64,000 nt of DNA from Candidatus Saccharimonadia bacterium. GTDB lineage: Bacteria > Patescibacteriota > Saccharimonadia > UBA4664. A program made the position numbers and the translations under genes. The notes under the pieces were generated by a model. That model did no database searches. It worked only from the letters and a program-made list of their open reading frames with translations, and was not told where the DNA came from. The stretch covers positions 281,454 to 345,453 of the forward strand of contig DATKIP010000093.1 of NCBI GenBank assembly GCA_035544015.1, read 5' to 3'. Positions 49,901-59,343 of this stretch are shown one piece after another. How positions within the stretch are numbered: the stretch's first letter is position 1; every line of letters starts with the position of its first letter.

Positions 49901-50152
49901 CTCCGCGAGCGCAAAGCCCCCACCGCCCAAACCGCCATCGCCGCCCACGACCTCAACCTCATGGTCAACGTACCCTCGAGCACCAATGACGACACCGACG
50001 CCGCCGAAATCCGCCGGCTAGCCATCGACAATCACATCCCGCTCGTCACCAACGCCGAAATTGGCGTGGTGCTCCTACGCGCACTCGGCGAAATCAAGCT
50101 CAGCGAAATACCGATCACATCGTGGCAGGAGTATGTGCAACCCGAGGCGTAA
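46970..50152 (+). CDS. carB: Carbamoyl-phosphate synthase large subunit
   Basis: GSGGLKIGQAGEFDYSGSQA, two ATP-grasp domains, MGS domain. Confidence 0.97.
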   Translation: MTLKLPKKVLILGSGGLKIGQAGEFDYSGSQAIMAFKEEGIKTVLINPNIATVQTDGDMADTVYFQPLTAEIVTRIIEAERPEAIALSFGGQTALNLGLALHHSGVLARHNVRILGTPITAVEITEDREKFKQALAEIDVHTARSTSVYTVDEALAAAAEIGYPVMMRAGFSLGGLGSGRVASAAELASRATEVFQATSQILIEEFLGGWKEIEYEVVRDATGNVITVCNMENFDPMGIHTGESIVVAPSQTLTNAEYHGLREVAIKTIQHLGIVGECNIQYALDPATSDYRVIEVNARLSRSSALASKATGYPLAFVAAKLMLGHTLPELKNAATGSTSAFFEPALDYLAVKMPRWDLTKLGSSDRSIGSEMKSVGEVMALGRSFTEALQKAVRMTNTGASGLSDHPYDFAHPEAEIGQATDHRLYALYDYLKQSGTVADAHKRTGIDPWFLSQLVRIADIEHQLTSSRLTPELMRRAKQNGFADITIAGLTSTTEDTIRARRLASGIKPVIKQIDTLAGEFDATTNYLYTTYHGDQNDVDPIGARPAIVLGSGPYCIGSSVEFDWCAVGVAATLRRSGRRTIIVNSNPETVSTDFNRSDRLYFEELTLERLRDIADFEAPANFVISVGGQIANNLAVPLADAGYTILGTPAASIDQAENRRHFSSMLGRLGIDQPEWDEVTTLAKAQAFARKVGYPVLIRPSYVLSGGAMSVVTTPEELAGYLARATKLSPDHPVVISRFIEGAKELEIDGVADHGTIVISAISEHIENAGVHSGDATVVLPPQRLYLETIRRAKKITARIISELDVTGPFNIQFIAKDNDLKVIETNVRASRSFPFVSKVTGHNFITIATQVMLGTYKPEHYETLELDYVGVKSPQFSYNRLKGADPVAGVEMASTGEVASIGRNLLEAFYASWLSTDQPLIGKHIYISVPDDQKPKIVEAAAGVVAAGWTIFSTLGTHDYLAAHGIASTPLYKLRERKAPTAQTAIAAHDLNLMVNVPSSTNDDTDAAEIRRLAIDNHIPLVTNAEIGVVLLRALGEIKLSEIPITSWQEYVQPEA

Positions 50153-50336
50153 CCGGGACGAACACGCTCGAACTAATCTTTCCGATTCACCCCATCATGC
50201 GACTATTCCACTTTCTGGAACAGTCGCACAATATTAAAATATTTTGGCTTTATAAAAGCATAATCCAACTATGCCTGAGCTACTATTCCGAAAATGGAAT
50301 AGTGCACACACCCGCACCCAAAATGCCCACCACGTC

Positions 50337-50717
50337 CTACTCCTCCAATGCTCGAATCTGCCCATGATCCAGCCCAAAATAGTGCGCCACCTCGTGCCAC
50401 ACCGTCTGTCGCACATCCCGCCGCAATCCCTCCACATCATGCGCCATCGCCAGATGCGGCCCGCGAAACACCGTAATCACATCCGGCAGCACGCCACTAT
50501 AGCCGTCGCCGCGACGGGGGAGGGGAATGCCTTCATACAAGCCCAAAAGCGTCATCCCGCGCCGATGCAGCCGCAGATTCACCCCCAGCTGCTCGCGCGT
50601 CGGCTCGTCGGCCACCATAAACGCCACATTGTTCAAATGCTTCGCAAACCGCTCCGGAATCGCCGTCACCGCCTCTTGTACCAAGGCGTAAAACGCCTCG
50701 TCGCTCACGCCTATCAT
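50337..50717 (-). CDS. Zincin_1 minimal metallopeptidase family protein
   Basis: LLGLYEGIP, LPD.IT.FR, HEVAHYFG. Confidence 0.9.
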   Translation of the reverse strand: MIGVSDEAFYALVQEAVTAIPERFAKHLNNVAFMVADEPTREQLGVNLRLHRRGMTLLGLYEGIPLPRRGDGYSGVLPDVITVFRGPHLAMAHDVEGLRRDVRQTVWHEVAHYFGLDHGQIRALEE

Positions 50718-51511
50718 CGGCGCCCGAGCACGCGGCTCAACACATAAATCACAAAGCTAATGCTCGTCACAAACACGCTCGGCTTCACCGTGCCCACCGC
50801 CAAACTCGCCAACACTCCGCCGGCCGCCGCCGTCACCGCAAACGCCACCGACAATGCCGTCACCACCGCCGGCCGCGCACTCAGCCGACTCGCCGCGGCC
50901 GCCGGTGCAATCGCCAGGCTCAGCACCAGCAGCGTACCCACCACCTGCGCCGCCGCCGTTACCGTGATCGCCAGCACAAACAAAAAACCCAATCCGAGCG
51001 CCGCCACCGGCACCCCCCGCGCCGCCGCCACCTCCGGATCCACCGACGCAAACAACAACGGCCGGTACAACCAGCTCATCGCGAGCATTACCCCCACACT
51101 AATCGCCACCAGTGTCGCCAGTTGCACCCCGCTCACCCCAAAAATATCGCCAAACAAAATATTGGTAGCTTGGGTGGCAAAACCATGATAAAAGCTCAAA
51201 AATAGCACCCCCAAGCCCAAACCAAACGCCAGCACCACCCCAATCGCCGAATCGCGCTCGCGCTCACGCACCCCCAGCGTACCGATCACCCCCGCCACCA
51301 CCAGCGATCCCGCCAGCGCCCCGGCCAAGGGGCTCACGCCCAGCAGCAACCCCGCCGCCGCACCCGTAAACGCCAGCTCGCTCGTGCCATGCACCGCAAA
51401 CGCCATCCCGCGCGTGATCACAAACGGGCCAATCAAGCCGCAAATCACCGCCACGAGCGACGCCGCCAGCAAGGCATGCTGGGCAAATGGCTGCATCAAG
51501 TAATCAATCAT
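50714..51511 (-). CDS. Metal (Zn/Mn) ABC transporter permease
   Basis: FAVHGTSELAFTG, LFG.IFG, RPLLFASVDP. Confidence 0.92.
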   Translation of the reverse strand: MIDYLMQPFAQHALLAASLVAVICGLIGPFVITRGMAFAVHGTSELAFTGAAAGLLLGVSPLAGALAGSLVVAGVIGTLGVRERERDSAIGVVLAFGLGLGVLFLSFYHGFATQATNILFGDIFGVSGVQLATLVAISVGVMLAMSWLYRPLLFASVDPEVAAARGVPVAALGLGFLFVLAITVTAAAQVVGTLLVLSLAIAPAAAASRLSARPAVVTALSVAFAVTAAAGGVLASLAVGTVKPSVFVTSISFVIYVLSRVLGRR

Positions 51512-52301
51512 GATGCCCTCCCGTCTCGCTGCCCGCCACCACCACCAAGCGACCCCGCACGTTCACCACATCCACTGGCGCGCCATAAAGCTCCGTCAGC
51601 CGCTCGGTCGTCAGCACCTCCTTAGGCGTCCCGATGGCCCAGCGGCCGTTCACCAAATACAACACCCGGTCCACCGACGCCAAAATCGGGTTGATCTCGT
51701 GCGTCACAAACAGCACCGCCGTATTCGCCTCGCGCCGCCGTCGATCAATCAGCGCCGTCACTGCCTGCTGATGCGACAGGTCCAGCGACAACAGCGGCTC
51801 GTCGCACAGCAGCACCTGCGGATCGCCAACGAGCGCCTGCGCAATCCGCAATCGCTGCTGCTCGCCACCAGAAAGCCGCCCCATCGGCCCATCCGCAAAA
51901 TGCTCAGCGCCCACCTCGGCTAGAGCCCGGTTCACCAGCTCATCCTCGCGCGCACTCCGCCTCCAGCCAAACCGGCCGCCATCGAGCCCAAACCGCACAA
52001 TGTCACGCCCCCGTACCGGCAAATCCGCGTCAAAACTGCGTTGCTGCGGCACATACCCGCACAACCCCCGGCTCCGTACCGGCATCTCGCCGGCCACCTC
52101 TACGCGTCCCTTCGTGAGCGGCACCAGACCCAGCAACACCTTGAGCAAGCTAGTCTTGCCCGTGCCGTTAGGACCCAGCACCGCCACAAATTCACCCGGC
52201 TCCACTTGCAAGTCGAGCCCCCCCCACAACCGCCGTCCGCCCAGAGTAAGCGTTGCGCCAGATAGCCGAATTGCCGAGGAATTAGAAGGATTAGTTGCCA
52301 C
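51504..52301 (-). CDS. Metal ABC transporter ATP-binding protein
   Basis: GPNGTGKT, GYVPQ, LSGGEQQR, LLCDEP. Start GTG 52301 (track 52334). Confidence 0.92.
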   Translation of the reverse strand: MATNPSNSSAIRLSGATLTLGGRRLWGGLDLQVEPGEFVAVLGPNGTGKTSLLKVLLGLVPLTKGRVEVAGEMPVRSRGLCGYVPQQRSFDADLPVRGRDIVRFGLDGGRFGWRRSAREDELVNRALAEVGAEHFADGPMGRLSGGEQQRLRIAQALVGDPQVLLCDEPLLSLDLSHQQAVTALIDRRRREANTAVLFVTHEINPILASVDRVLYLVNGRWAIGTPKEVLTTERLTELYGAPVDVVNVRGRLVVVAGSETGGHHD

Positions 52302-53196
52302 TGAGTCCAGTATACAATGCCTTTGCCTGATCAAGTTGCCAGGTCTGAAAATCCTTGCCCGCCGGCAATGTTTCGGTCACGCCAATCACCGACACCCCAT
52401 TCTTTTGAGCCAAAGCCTTCACCCGTTCGGTTACCGGGCTCGTAGCTTGCGAGTTGTAAAGCAGCACCTTAATGGCATGGCCGGTAATGAGCGACTCCAT
52501 CCCCGCCGTGTCAGCCGGGCTCGGATCATTGCCTTCTTCAATCGCCTGCGAAAACCCAGCCGGCGTTTTAACGCTCAGACCGGCACTGAGCAGCAAATAC
52601 GCCGGAACCGGCTCAGTATAGGCCACCCCAACCCCCGCATAATCCGCCTTAATCCGACCAACCTCATCGTGCAGCGACCGCAGACTAATCATAAACGCCG
52701 CCAGATTCGTCTCATAGACACTCCGATGTGCATCGTCTCGCCCCGCCAATGCCTGCTCAATCGCCTGCGCTACCACCTCAACTTTCGCGGTGTCGTACCA
52801 CAAATGCGGATTAGCTCCCTCCGCCGTATTGGTCACCGCGGCCGCCTTCACCACCACTCGGTGGTCGTTGCGCGAGCCCGCCACCAGTTTATCCATGAAG
52901 TCGTCGTACCCCACGCCATTGACGATCACCACATCGGCCGAGCCCACCACCGCCGCATTCTGCGCACTCGATTCGTACAAATGTGGATCAGCCTGCGGGT
53001 CAGAAATAATCGAAGTTACAACCACCTGCGAACCACCAATTTGCCGCGCAATATCACCCCAAAAATTTTCCGCCGCCACCACCTTGAGTTTCCCCGAACC
53101 CGTCACCCCACTACGATCACGCACCGCCAGCGCCGCCAAAAGCACGCCGCCCACTACTACCGCTACCAAAATTACATAGACAGATTTTTTATTCAT
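52291..53196 (-). CDS. Metal ABC transporter substrate-binding protein (ZnuA/TroA family)
   Basis: DPHLYE, NPHLW, TE, N-terminal anchor. Confidence 0.92.
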   Translation of the reverse strand: MNKKSVYVILVAVVVGGVLLAALAVRDRSGVTGSGKLKVVAAENFWGDIARQIGGSQVVVTSIISDPQADPHLYESSAQNAAVVGSADVVIVNGVGYDDFMDKLVAGSRNDHRVVVKAAAVTNTAEGANPHLWYDTAKVEVVAQAIEQALAGRDDAHRSVYETNLAAFMISLRSLHDEVGRIKADYAGVGVAYTEPVPAYLLLSAGLSVKTPAGFSQAIEEGNDPSPADTAGMESLITGHAIKVLLYNSQATSPVTERVKALAQKNGVSVIGVTETLPAGKDFQTWQLDQAKALYTGLSGN

Positions 53197-53226
53197 GCGC
53201 TCAGCATAGCGAAAACCGGTATCTGT

Positions 53227-53249
53227 TGCAAAATAATTGCATATGCAAT
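53227..53249. promoter_or_regulatory. Fur/Zur-type operator between the divergent SBP and regulator genes
   Basis: TGCAA-n5-TTGCA overlapping the perfect palindrome ATTGCATATGCAAT (53236-49). Confidence 0.7.
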
Positions 53250-53261
53250 AACATCTAGGCT

Positions 53262-53723
53262 ATGAACCAACAACCAGCCCCCGACGCCGCCTTCCTGGCC
53301 CACCTCAAAAGCGCCGGCGAGCGCGTCACCACCCCCCGGCTCACCATCTTTCGCCTGCTCGCGCGGCACAGCCCGCTGCCCATGCGCAAGCTCGCCGACC
53401 GCGCCGCCGGCGACGGCGTCGACAGCGTAACCGTCTATCGCACCATTGCGCTCTTTACGCGGCTGGGCTTCGTACGCGAAATCGGCATGGGCAGGCACCG
53501 CCTGCTAGAACTCAGCGACGACTTCGGCGAACACCACCATCACTTTTGGTGCAGCCAGTGCGGCGCCGTCACCGATTTCGACAATCCCGAACTCGAACAA
53601 GCCATTCATGCCGCTTCCCAAGCCCTCGGGCTTACCGTGCAAGCTCACCAGCTCGAAATTACCGGCCTCTGCGCCGCCTGCAGCCGACTAGCTCAATCCT
53701 CGCGAAACGCCCACAACTTATAG
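53262..53723 (+). CDS. zur: Fur family regulator, probably Zur
   Basis: RVTTPR, TVYRT, HHHHFWCSQCG, CAAC. Divergent from the metal ABC operon. Confidence 0.88.
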   Translation: MNQQPAPDAAFLAHLKSAGERVTTPRLTIFRLLARHSPLPMRKLADRAAGDGVDSVTVYRTIALFTRLGFVREIGMGRHRLLELSDDFGEHHHHFWCSQCGAVTDFDNPELEQAIHAASQALGLTVQAHQLEITGLCAACSRLAQSSRNAHNL

Positions 53724-54208
53724 AGCGTAAAATTCCAGATCGCGCTGCCCACCACGCCCATACCAAACGCTACCGTCTTGATCACAAATTCCCGCGTGAG
53801 CACACCGGGCACTAAGCCCACCAGCCCGAGCGCCCGAGCAGCGTCAAACCAAAAACTGCTAAATGTCAGCCCCGCCGCCGTTGCCGAAAACACAAACACC
53901 AGGCCCGGCTGAATCGCCCAAATCGACACCAGCGTCGCGGTCAAAAAGCGCACCCCCGACTTACCGATCCCCGCTTTACTGCGAAACACCCACCGCCGGT
54001 TCCAATAAAAACTATTAATCATCGCCACGCTGCCGGAGAAAAACTTCACCATAAACACCCGGTCGAGCGGCACATTGAGTAATTTCGTCACCGCCAGGTA
54101 GAGGGTGTAGTCGATGAGCGTATTCGAAATACCCACCAACCCAAATTTGGCGCTTTGTTTGACGAGGTTGGGCCCAGACTTGACAACCGGCTTCTTGGTA
54201 CCTGACAT
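53693..54208 (-). CDS. GtrA family protein
   Basis: KFGLVG..NT..D, NSFYWNRRWVF, WNF..YKLWAF. Confidence 0.88.
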   Translation of the reverse strand: MSGTKKPVVKSGPNLVKQSAKFGLVGISNTLIDYTLYLAVTKLLNVPLDRVFMVKFFSGSVAMINSFYWNRRWVFRSKAGIGKSGVRFLTATLVSIWAIQPGLVFVFSATAAGLTFSSFWFDAARALGLVGLVPGVLTREFVIKTVAFGMGVVGSAIWNFTLYKLWAFRED

Positions 54209-54328
54209 AACCCAAGCATAACCACTTTAAACCGAAAAATCCACCAAAAATGGAGTTAGCGACCTCGCCCGCGTATAATAACCTCCGCGGGAGAACCCCC
54301 GCTCTCAAACCCACCAAGGACGGACCGA

Positions 54329-55048
54329 ATGGATCCAGCTCCAACCGCCCTCAAGCCCATCGAAGACTTGCCCCGCATCCTCGGCTTCGAGGAAGACGAA
54401 ACCCTGCGGCACGTCCGCGAACAAACCGTAGCCGCCATCAGGACCGGACGGACGGCCACTATCCACGAAGCCTGGAGGAGGTATTTCGAAGCTTCGGACC
54501 CTCGGGTGGAGGCCCCAGACGCCCATGAGACCAACCGCGCCCGCACCGGTCGCATCATCGCTCAGGCACTCATGTACCGCGAAGCCGGCGAACCCGTCGA
54601 ATACCTGATCCAGCTCATGTACGCCGACTACGCGGCCAGCAGCAGAGGCTGGGACGATGTCCAGCCCGAGCTCGACGCCGCACTCGAAGACCGGACAGCC
54701 GAATACCACCAGGCACGTGGAAAGTTCCATGCAGCCTTCGCGGGAGCCACCGACGATCCCGCCGTCTGGTACGAATCCGCCATCAGACCCTACACCGAAG
54801 CCGAGCACGCATCCGACCCCAGTGATCCCCGCGTCCAAGGCCTCTTGAGTCTCCGCCTGGCAGAGTGCTATCTAGCCTTGCTCGAGCTCGGCCAGGACAG
54901 CGCCGAGACCCTCCAGCACGGCATCTTCAGTTCCCTCCAAACCGCGGCCCAATACCTGGGCCCAGAACCCGAGGTTGCCAAAGTAACCAGCCTCATGGAT
55001 GAACTCAGCCCGCAACCATGGTGGCAATCCCTCGTGGCGGGCTCGTAG
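54329..55048 (+). CDS. Hypothetical all-helical protein (orphan, possible internal duplication)
   Basis: TATAAT at 54274, AAGGA SD, downstream hairpin. Confidence 0.65.
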   Translation: MDPAPTALKPIEDLPRILGFEEDETLRHVREQTVAAIRTGRTATIHEAWRRYFEASDPRVEAPDAHETNRARTGRIIAQALMYREAGEPVEYLIQLMYADYAASSRGWDDVQPELDAALEDRTAEYHQARGKFHAAFAGATDDPAVWYESAIRPYTEAEHASDPSDPRVQGLLSLRLAECYLALLELGQDSAETLQHGIFSSLQTAAQYLGPEPEVAKVTSLMDELSPQPWWQSLVAGS

Positions 55049-55062
55049 GCCCACCACTTAAG

Positions 55063-55100
55063 GCCCCGGCAGGAGAGCCCCCGGACTCTCGTGCCGGGGC
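55063..55100 (+). terminator. GC-rich hairpin
   Basis: GCCCCGGCA-g-GAGAG...CTCTC-g-TGCCGGGGC. Confidence 0.65.
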
Positions 55101-55187
55101 TCACTGCTTTTTGATGCCTTGTGCGATATCCCTAATGCATCGCCGCCCCATTTTCGCTAAGCTGTATCCAACAACAAGGACCAAGCC

Positions 55188-55958
55188 ATGCGCGCCATCT
55201 GGACCGGCTCTATCTCATTTGGACTCATCAATATTCCCGTCAAATTATACTCGGCCGCCGAGTCCCGCGACGGCATCGACCTACGCATGCTCCACAAACA
55301 AGATGAAGCCCCCATCCGCTACGCCAAATTCTGCACCAAAGAAAATATCGAGGTTCCGTACGAAGACATCGTCAAAGCCTACGAATATGATGATGGCCGG
55401 TTTGTAGTGCTCAGCGATGAGGATTTCAGCGCCGCCGAGGGTGAAAAAACCGCCACCGTCGATATCGAAGAATTCACCAGCGAAGCTCAAATCGACGTCC
55501 GCTATCTCGAGCGCCCCTACTACCTCGAGCCCTCCAAGGGCGGCGAAAAAGCCTACGCCCTCCTGCGCGAATCGCTCGCCCAAGCCGGCAAAATCGCCGT
55601 GGCCCGCTTCGTGCTTCGCCAACGCGAACATCTAGCCGCCATCAAACCAGTCGGGAAGATGCTGGTGCTTAATCAAATGCGTTTCCCCACCGACCTGCGT
55701 ACCCCCGGCGGCCTCAAGCTGCCGCCAAAGGACCTCGCGGGACCCGCCGAGCTCAAAATGGCCGGCACGCTCATCGACCAGCTCACCAAGCCCTTCATCG
55801 CCGAAGACTTCCACGACACCTACACCGAAGAGCTCGAGGAGCGCATCGAAGCCAAGGTCAAACACCAACCTGCTCCCAAGATTAAAGCTGCCGACACCGC
55901 ACCCGTCAAAGACCTCATGGCCGCACTCAAAGCCAGCCTCGAAGAGGCCAAAAAATAA
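55188..55958 (+). CDS. ku: NHEJ DNA end-binding protein Ku
   Basis: MRAIWTGSISFGLINIPVKLY, IVKAYE, PYYL.P, DLMAALKASL. Confidence 0.96.
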   Translation: MRAIWTGSISFGLINIPVKLYSAAESRDGIDLRMLHKQDEAPIRYAKFCTKENIEVPYEDIVKAYEYDDGRFVVLSDEDFSAAEGEKTATVDIEEFTSEAQIDVRYLERPYYLEPSKGGEKAYALLRESLAQAGKIAVARFVLRQREHLAAIKPVGKMLVLNQMRFPTDLRTPGGLKLPPKDLAGPAELKMAGTLIDQLTKPFIAEDFHDTYTEELEERIEAKVKHQPAPKIKAADTAPVKDLMAALKASLEEAKK

Positions 55959-56030
55959 GATTTACTTTCGGTTTTAGTTCGGTATAATACCTTGGCACAA
56001 CCGTTATACTGATAATCAAGGATACTCACC

Positions 56031-56456
56031 ATGCCCACAGTAGATTTCACCCTCCAAGACATTCGAACCTCTCTGTTACCAGAGATTCAAACTATTATCG
56101 ATGAATCAATCGACACACGATTCAAGCAGTTTGAACAATCATACGAATCCGACATAGCCGCCATCCAGCAAGATTTCCTTGCCATCTATACTAGGTTCGA
56201 TGGAATCGACGCCAGGTTCGACGGTGTGGATGCCAGACTCGATGGTATAGACGCCAGATTTGACGGCGTGGACGCCAGACTCGACGGAATGGACTCCCGA
56301 CTCGACGGAATAGATGCGCGATTCGACCATCTCGAAACCGACCTCAAGGACGTCAAAAAAGACGTCCGCTATATCAAGCACCATATGACCGACCTCGACA
56401 AGCTCGCCGGTCAGCACTCGCGCGACATCATGAAGCTCCGCGCCCGCGCCGCCTAA
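56031..56456 (+). CDS. Heptad-repeat coiled-coil protein
   Basis: R[FL]DG[IVM]D[AS] x6. Confidence 0.75.
   Translation: MPTVDFTLQDIRTSLLPEIQTIIDESIDTRFKQFEQSYESDIAAIQQDFLAIYTRFDGIDARFDGVDARLDGIDARFDGVDARLDGMDSRLDGIDARFDHLETDLKDVKKDVRYIKHHMTDLDKLAGQHSRDIMKLRARAA
56193..56327 (+). repeat. 21-bp degenerate tandem repeat, about 6.4 copies
   Basis: AGGTTCGATGGAATCGACGCC-like units that diverge mainly at synonymous positions. Confidence 0.85.
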
Positions 56457-56473
56457 GCCAGGAGCCACCCGGC

Positions 56474-58939
56474 ATGCCCCTCAAGGATTACCACGCCAAG
56501 CGCAAATTCGACCAAACCCCCGAGCCCACCGGGGGATCAGGGGAGGGACCGCTACGATTTGTAGTCCAAAAACACCACGCCACCGCCCTGCATTACGATT
56601 TTCGGCTCGAAATGGGCGGCGTGCTCAAATCTTGGGCCGTCCCCAAAGGACCATCACTCAACCCCCAAGACAAGCGCCTCGCCATGATGACCGAAGACCA
56701 TCCCTACGACTACCGCACCTTCGAGGGCGTCATTCCCGAGGGCAACTACGGCGCCGGTCCCGTCATCGTCTGGGACGAGGGCACCTATGAGCCGCTCTTT
56801 GCCACCGGCGACCGCGACGCCGACGACAAACTTGCCCGAGCCGGCGTCCACAAAGAGCACCTCACCTTCATCCTGCACGGCCAAAAACTAAACGGCGAAT
56901 TCGCGCTCATCAAAATGCACGGCAACGCCGATGAAAACGCCTGGCTAATCGTCAAGGCCCACAAAGACAAATTTGTCTCCGCCAGCGACATCACGGCCCA
57001 AAACCGCTCAGTCGTCACAAACCGCACTATCGAAGAGACCGCCGCCGGCAAACCCATCACCAAACTCCACCTTGGCGAACTAACCACGGCGCCCAAAGCG
57101 CCCCTGCCAAACACCTTCGAGCCCATGCTCGCCACCCTCGCCGAGCATCCATTCGACGACCCCGCTTGGATCTACGAGATCAAATGGGACGGCTACCGCA
57201 TTATGGCCGAGCTGGGAGCCGGCGGCGTCACGCTGCACACGCGCGGCGGCCAGGATTATACCCAGCGCTTCAAAATCATCGCCGACGAATTGCACCACCT
57301 ACGCGTCCCGGCGCTCATCGACGGTGAAATCACTGTGGTCGACCCAGACGGCCGCTCCAGCTTCCAGGCGCTCCAAAATTACCTGCGCACGGGCCAGGGC
57401 CGGCTCCTTTATTACGCCTTTGACCTGCTCCACCTCGCCGGACACGACCTCACAAATTTACCTTTGGCAAGCCGCAAAGCCCTGCTGCGCCGAATACTGC
57501 CCCCGGGCCCGCATCTGCGCTACAGCGACCATATTGCCGAGCAAGGCACGGCGATGCTGGCGCACATCAAAGAGCAGGGGATGGAAGGCATAATCGCCAA
57601 ACGCGCCGACAGCCTCTACCGCTTCGGCCACCGCAGCCGCGATTGGCTCAAGCTCAAAACCAAACACCGCCAAGAAGCCGTCATCGTGGGCTATACCGCC
57701 CCGCGCGCTGGCCGCCACCATTTTGGCGCGCTGGTGCTCGGCATCTACGACCACCAGCGGCTCGTCTACGCCGGCCACACCGGCTCGGGCTTCACCGACG
57801 CATCGCTGCAGAGCCTCCACGAACAGCTCCAGCCGCTCGTCACCACCCAGTGCCCCATCGACCCGGCGCCCCAAACCAACGAACCCGCCACCTGGGTGCG
57901 CCCCAAACTCGTTGCCGAAGTTGAATTTACTGAATGGACCGAAGACGGCTCCATGCGCCACCCCATTTTTGGAGGCCTGCGCGAAGACAAGCCCGCCGCC
58001 GAGGTGCACAGAGAACAAGCCATCAACGAGGAACCCACCGTGACCAACGAAACCACACTCAAGCTCAACGGACACACCGTCCCCATCACCCATCGCGACA
58101 AACTGTATTGGCCCGAGGACGGCATCACCAAAGGTCAGCTCATTGAATACTACCGCGCGATCGCCCCCACCATATTGCCCTACCTCACAGACCGCCCCGA
58201 GTCGCTCAACCGCTTCCCGCACGGCATCCACGGCGACAGCTTTTACCAAAAAGACCTCGAAGACCACCCCGCCTGGGCCAAAACCACCCTGATTCATTCC
58301 GAATCCGCCAACAAAGATATCAATTATTTACTGTGCCAAAATGAGGCCACGCTCATCTACATGGCCAACCTCGGCTGCATCGACCTCAACCCCTGGAATT
58401 CGCGTTTGAAGCACCTCGACAACCCCGACTGGTGCGTCATCGACCTCGACCCCGAGGACATCGGCTTCGAAGCCGTCATCGAAACCGCTAGAGCCGTAAA
58501 ATCTGTGCTTGATAAAGCCAAAATTCCCTGCTATCCCAAAACTTCCGGCGCCACCGGCATTCACATCTACATTCCCATGGGCGCAAAGTACCCCTATGAA
58601 CAGGTCAAAGATTTCGCGCACATCATCGCACGGCTCGTAAACGCACAAGTACCCAAACTCACCAGCGTCGAGCGCAACCCAGCCAAACGCCAGCACAAAG
58701 TCTACCTCGATTACCTCCAAAACCGCCACGGCCAAACGCTGGCCGCTCCCTACTCGGTTCGGCCCCGACCCGGCGCACCCGTCTCTACACCCCTGCGCTG
58801 GGACGAGGTTAAGCCCGGCCTCCAGCCCACCGACCACACCATCCACACCACCACCAAGCGCCTCGAAGCCGTTGGCGACCTGTGGGCACCAGTGCTGGGC
58901 CCCGGCATTGATCTCGCCGCAGCCTTGGGGAGACTCTAA
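56474..58939 (+). CDS. ligD: DNA ligase D (phosphoesterase-ligase-polymerase)
   Basis: FVVQKH.A..LHYDFRLE, EIKWDGYR, EGIIAKR, DLDP, KTSG..GIH, YLDYLQN. Confidence 0.96.
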   Translation: MPLKDYHAKRKFDQTPEPTGGSGEGPLRFVVQKHHATALHYDFRLEMGGVLKSWAVPKGPSLNPQDKRLAMMTEDHPYDYRTFEGVIPEGNYGAGPVIVWDEGTYEPLFATGDRDADDKLARAGVHKEHLTFILHGQKLNGEFALIKMHGNADENAWLIVKAHKDKFVSASDITAQNRSVVTNRTIEETAAGKPITKLHLGELTTAPKAPLPNTFEPMLATLAEHPFDDPAWIYEIKWDGYRIMAELGAGGVTLHTRGGQDYTQRFKIIADELHHLRVPALIDGEITVVDPDGRSSFQALQNYLRTGQGRLLYYAFDLLHLAGHDLTNLPLASRKALLRRILPPGPHLRYSDHIAEQGTAMLAHIKEQGMEGIIAKRADSLYRFGHRSRDWLKLKTKHRQEAVIVGYTAPRAGRHHFGALVLGIYDHQRLVYAGHTGSGFTDASLQSLHEQLQPLVTTQCPIDPAPQTNEPATWVRPKLVAEVEFTEWTEDGSMRHPIFGGLREDKPAAEVHREQAINEEPTVTNETTLKLNGHTVPITHRDKLYWPEDGITKGQLIEYYRAIAPTILPYLTDRPESLNRFPHGIHGDSFYQKDLEDHPAWAKTTLIHSESANKDINYLLCQNEATLIYMANLGCIDLNPWNSRLKHLDNPDWCVIDLDPEDIGFEAVIETARAVKSVLDKAKIPCYPKTSGATGIHIYIPMGAKYPYEQVKDFAHIIARLVNAQVPKLTSVERNPAKRQHKVYLDYLQNRHGQTLAAPYSVRPRPGAPVSTPLRWDEVKPGLQPTDHTIHTTTKRLEAVGDLWAPVLGPGIDLAAALGRL

Positions 58940-58948
58940 CCACACCCC

Positions 58949-59215
58949 ATGGAAGCATACCGCACCCAAATCGACGCCCTCGACCGCCAGATTATCGCCC
59001 TGCTTGGCCAACGCTTCGCTGTCACAAAGCAGGTGGGGGAGTACAAACAAATCCATCACCTGCCCATACTCGATGCCGACCGCGAAACAGCCCTCCAGGA
59101 GCGCCTGCGAACCCTCGCCATAGACGCCCACCTCGACCCGGAATTATGCCTTGTCCTCTACGAAATCATCCTCAGGCACTCCCGAACCCAACAAGCCTTG
59201 CCAAAACATATCTAA
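58949..59215 (+). CDS. Chorismate mutase type II (AroQ)
   Basis: R.QIDALD..II.LL.QR.....VG.YK.....PI.D..RE...S...Q. Confidence 0.85.
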   Translation: MEAYRTQIDALDRQIIALLGQRFAVTKQVGEYKQIHHLPILDADRETALQERLRTLAIDAHLDPELCLVLYEIILRHSRTQQALPKHI

Positions 59216-59290
59216 GTCACTCGCCGGCGGACTCATGCTGGTACTCAGCTCGGCCAAGCCGAACCCAAAGACGAGCCGGCACTATAGCAG

Positions 59291-59326
59291 CAAAACGCCC
59301 GGCTTAACAAAAGCACGGGCGTTTTG
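59291..59326. terminator. Bidirectional intrinsic terminator
   Basis: CAAAACGCCCG...CGGGCGTTTTG between convergent genes. Confidence 0.8.
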
Positions 59327-59343
59327 AACGAAAGATACGGGAG

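Noticed and set aside
47960-49948. 662-aa antisense ORF and similar shadow ORFs (15128-16042, 6220-7212)
   Set aside because: They lie antisense to well-supported genes and are typical high-GC codon-bias artefacts.
56193-56327. CRISPR or DGR-like repeat
   Set aside because: The 21-bp units are contiguous, in frame and spacer-less, with no cas or RT gene nearby.
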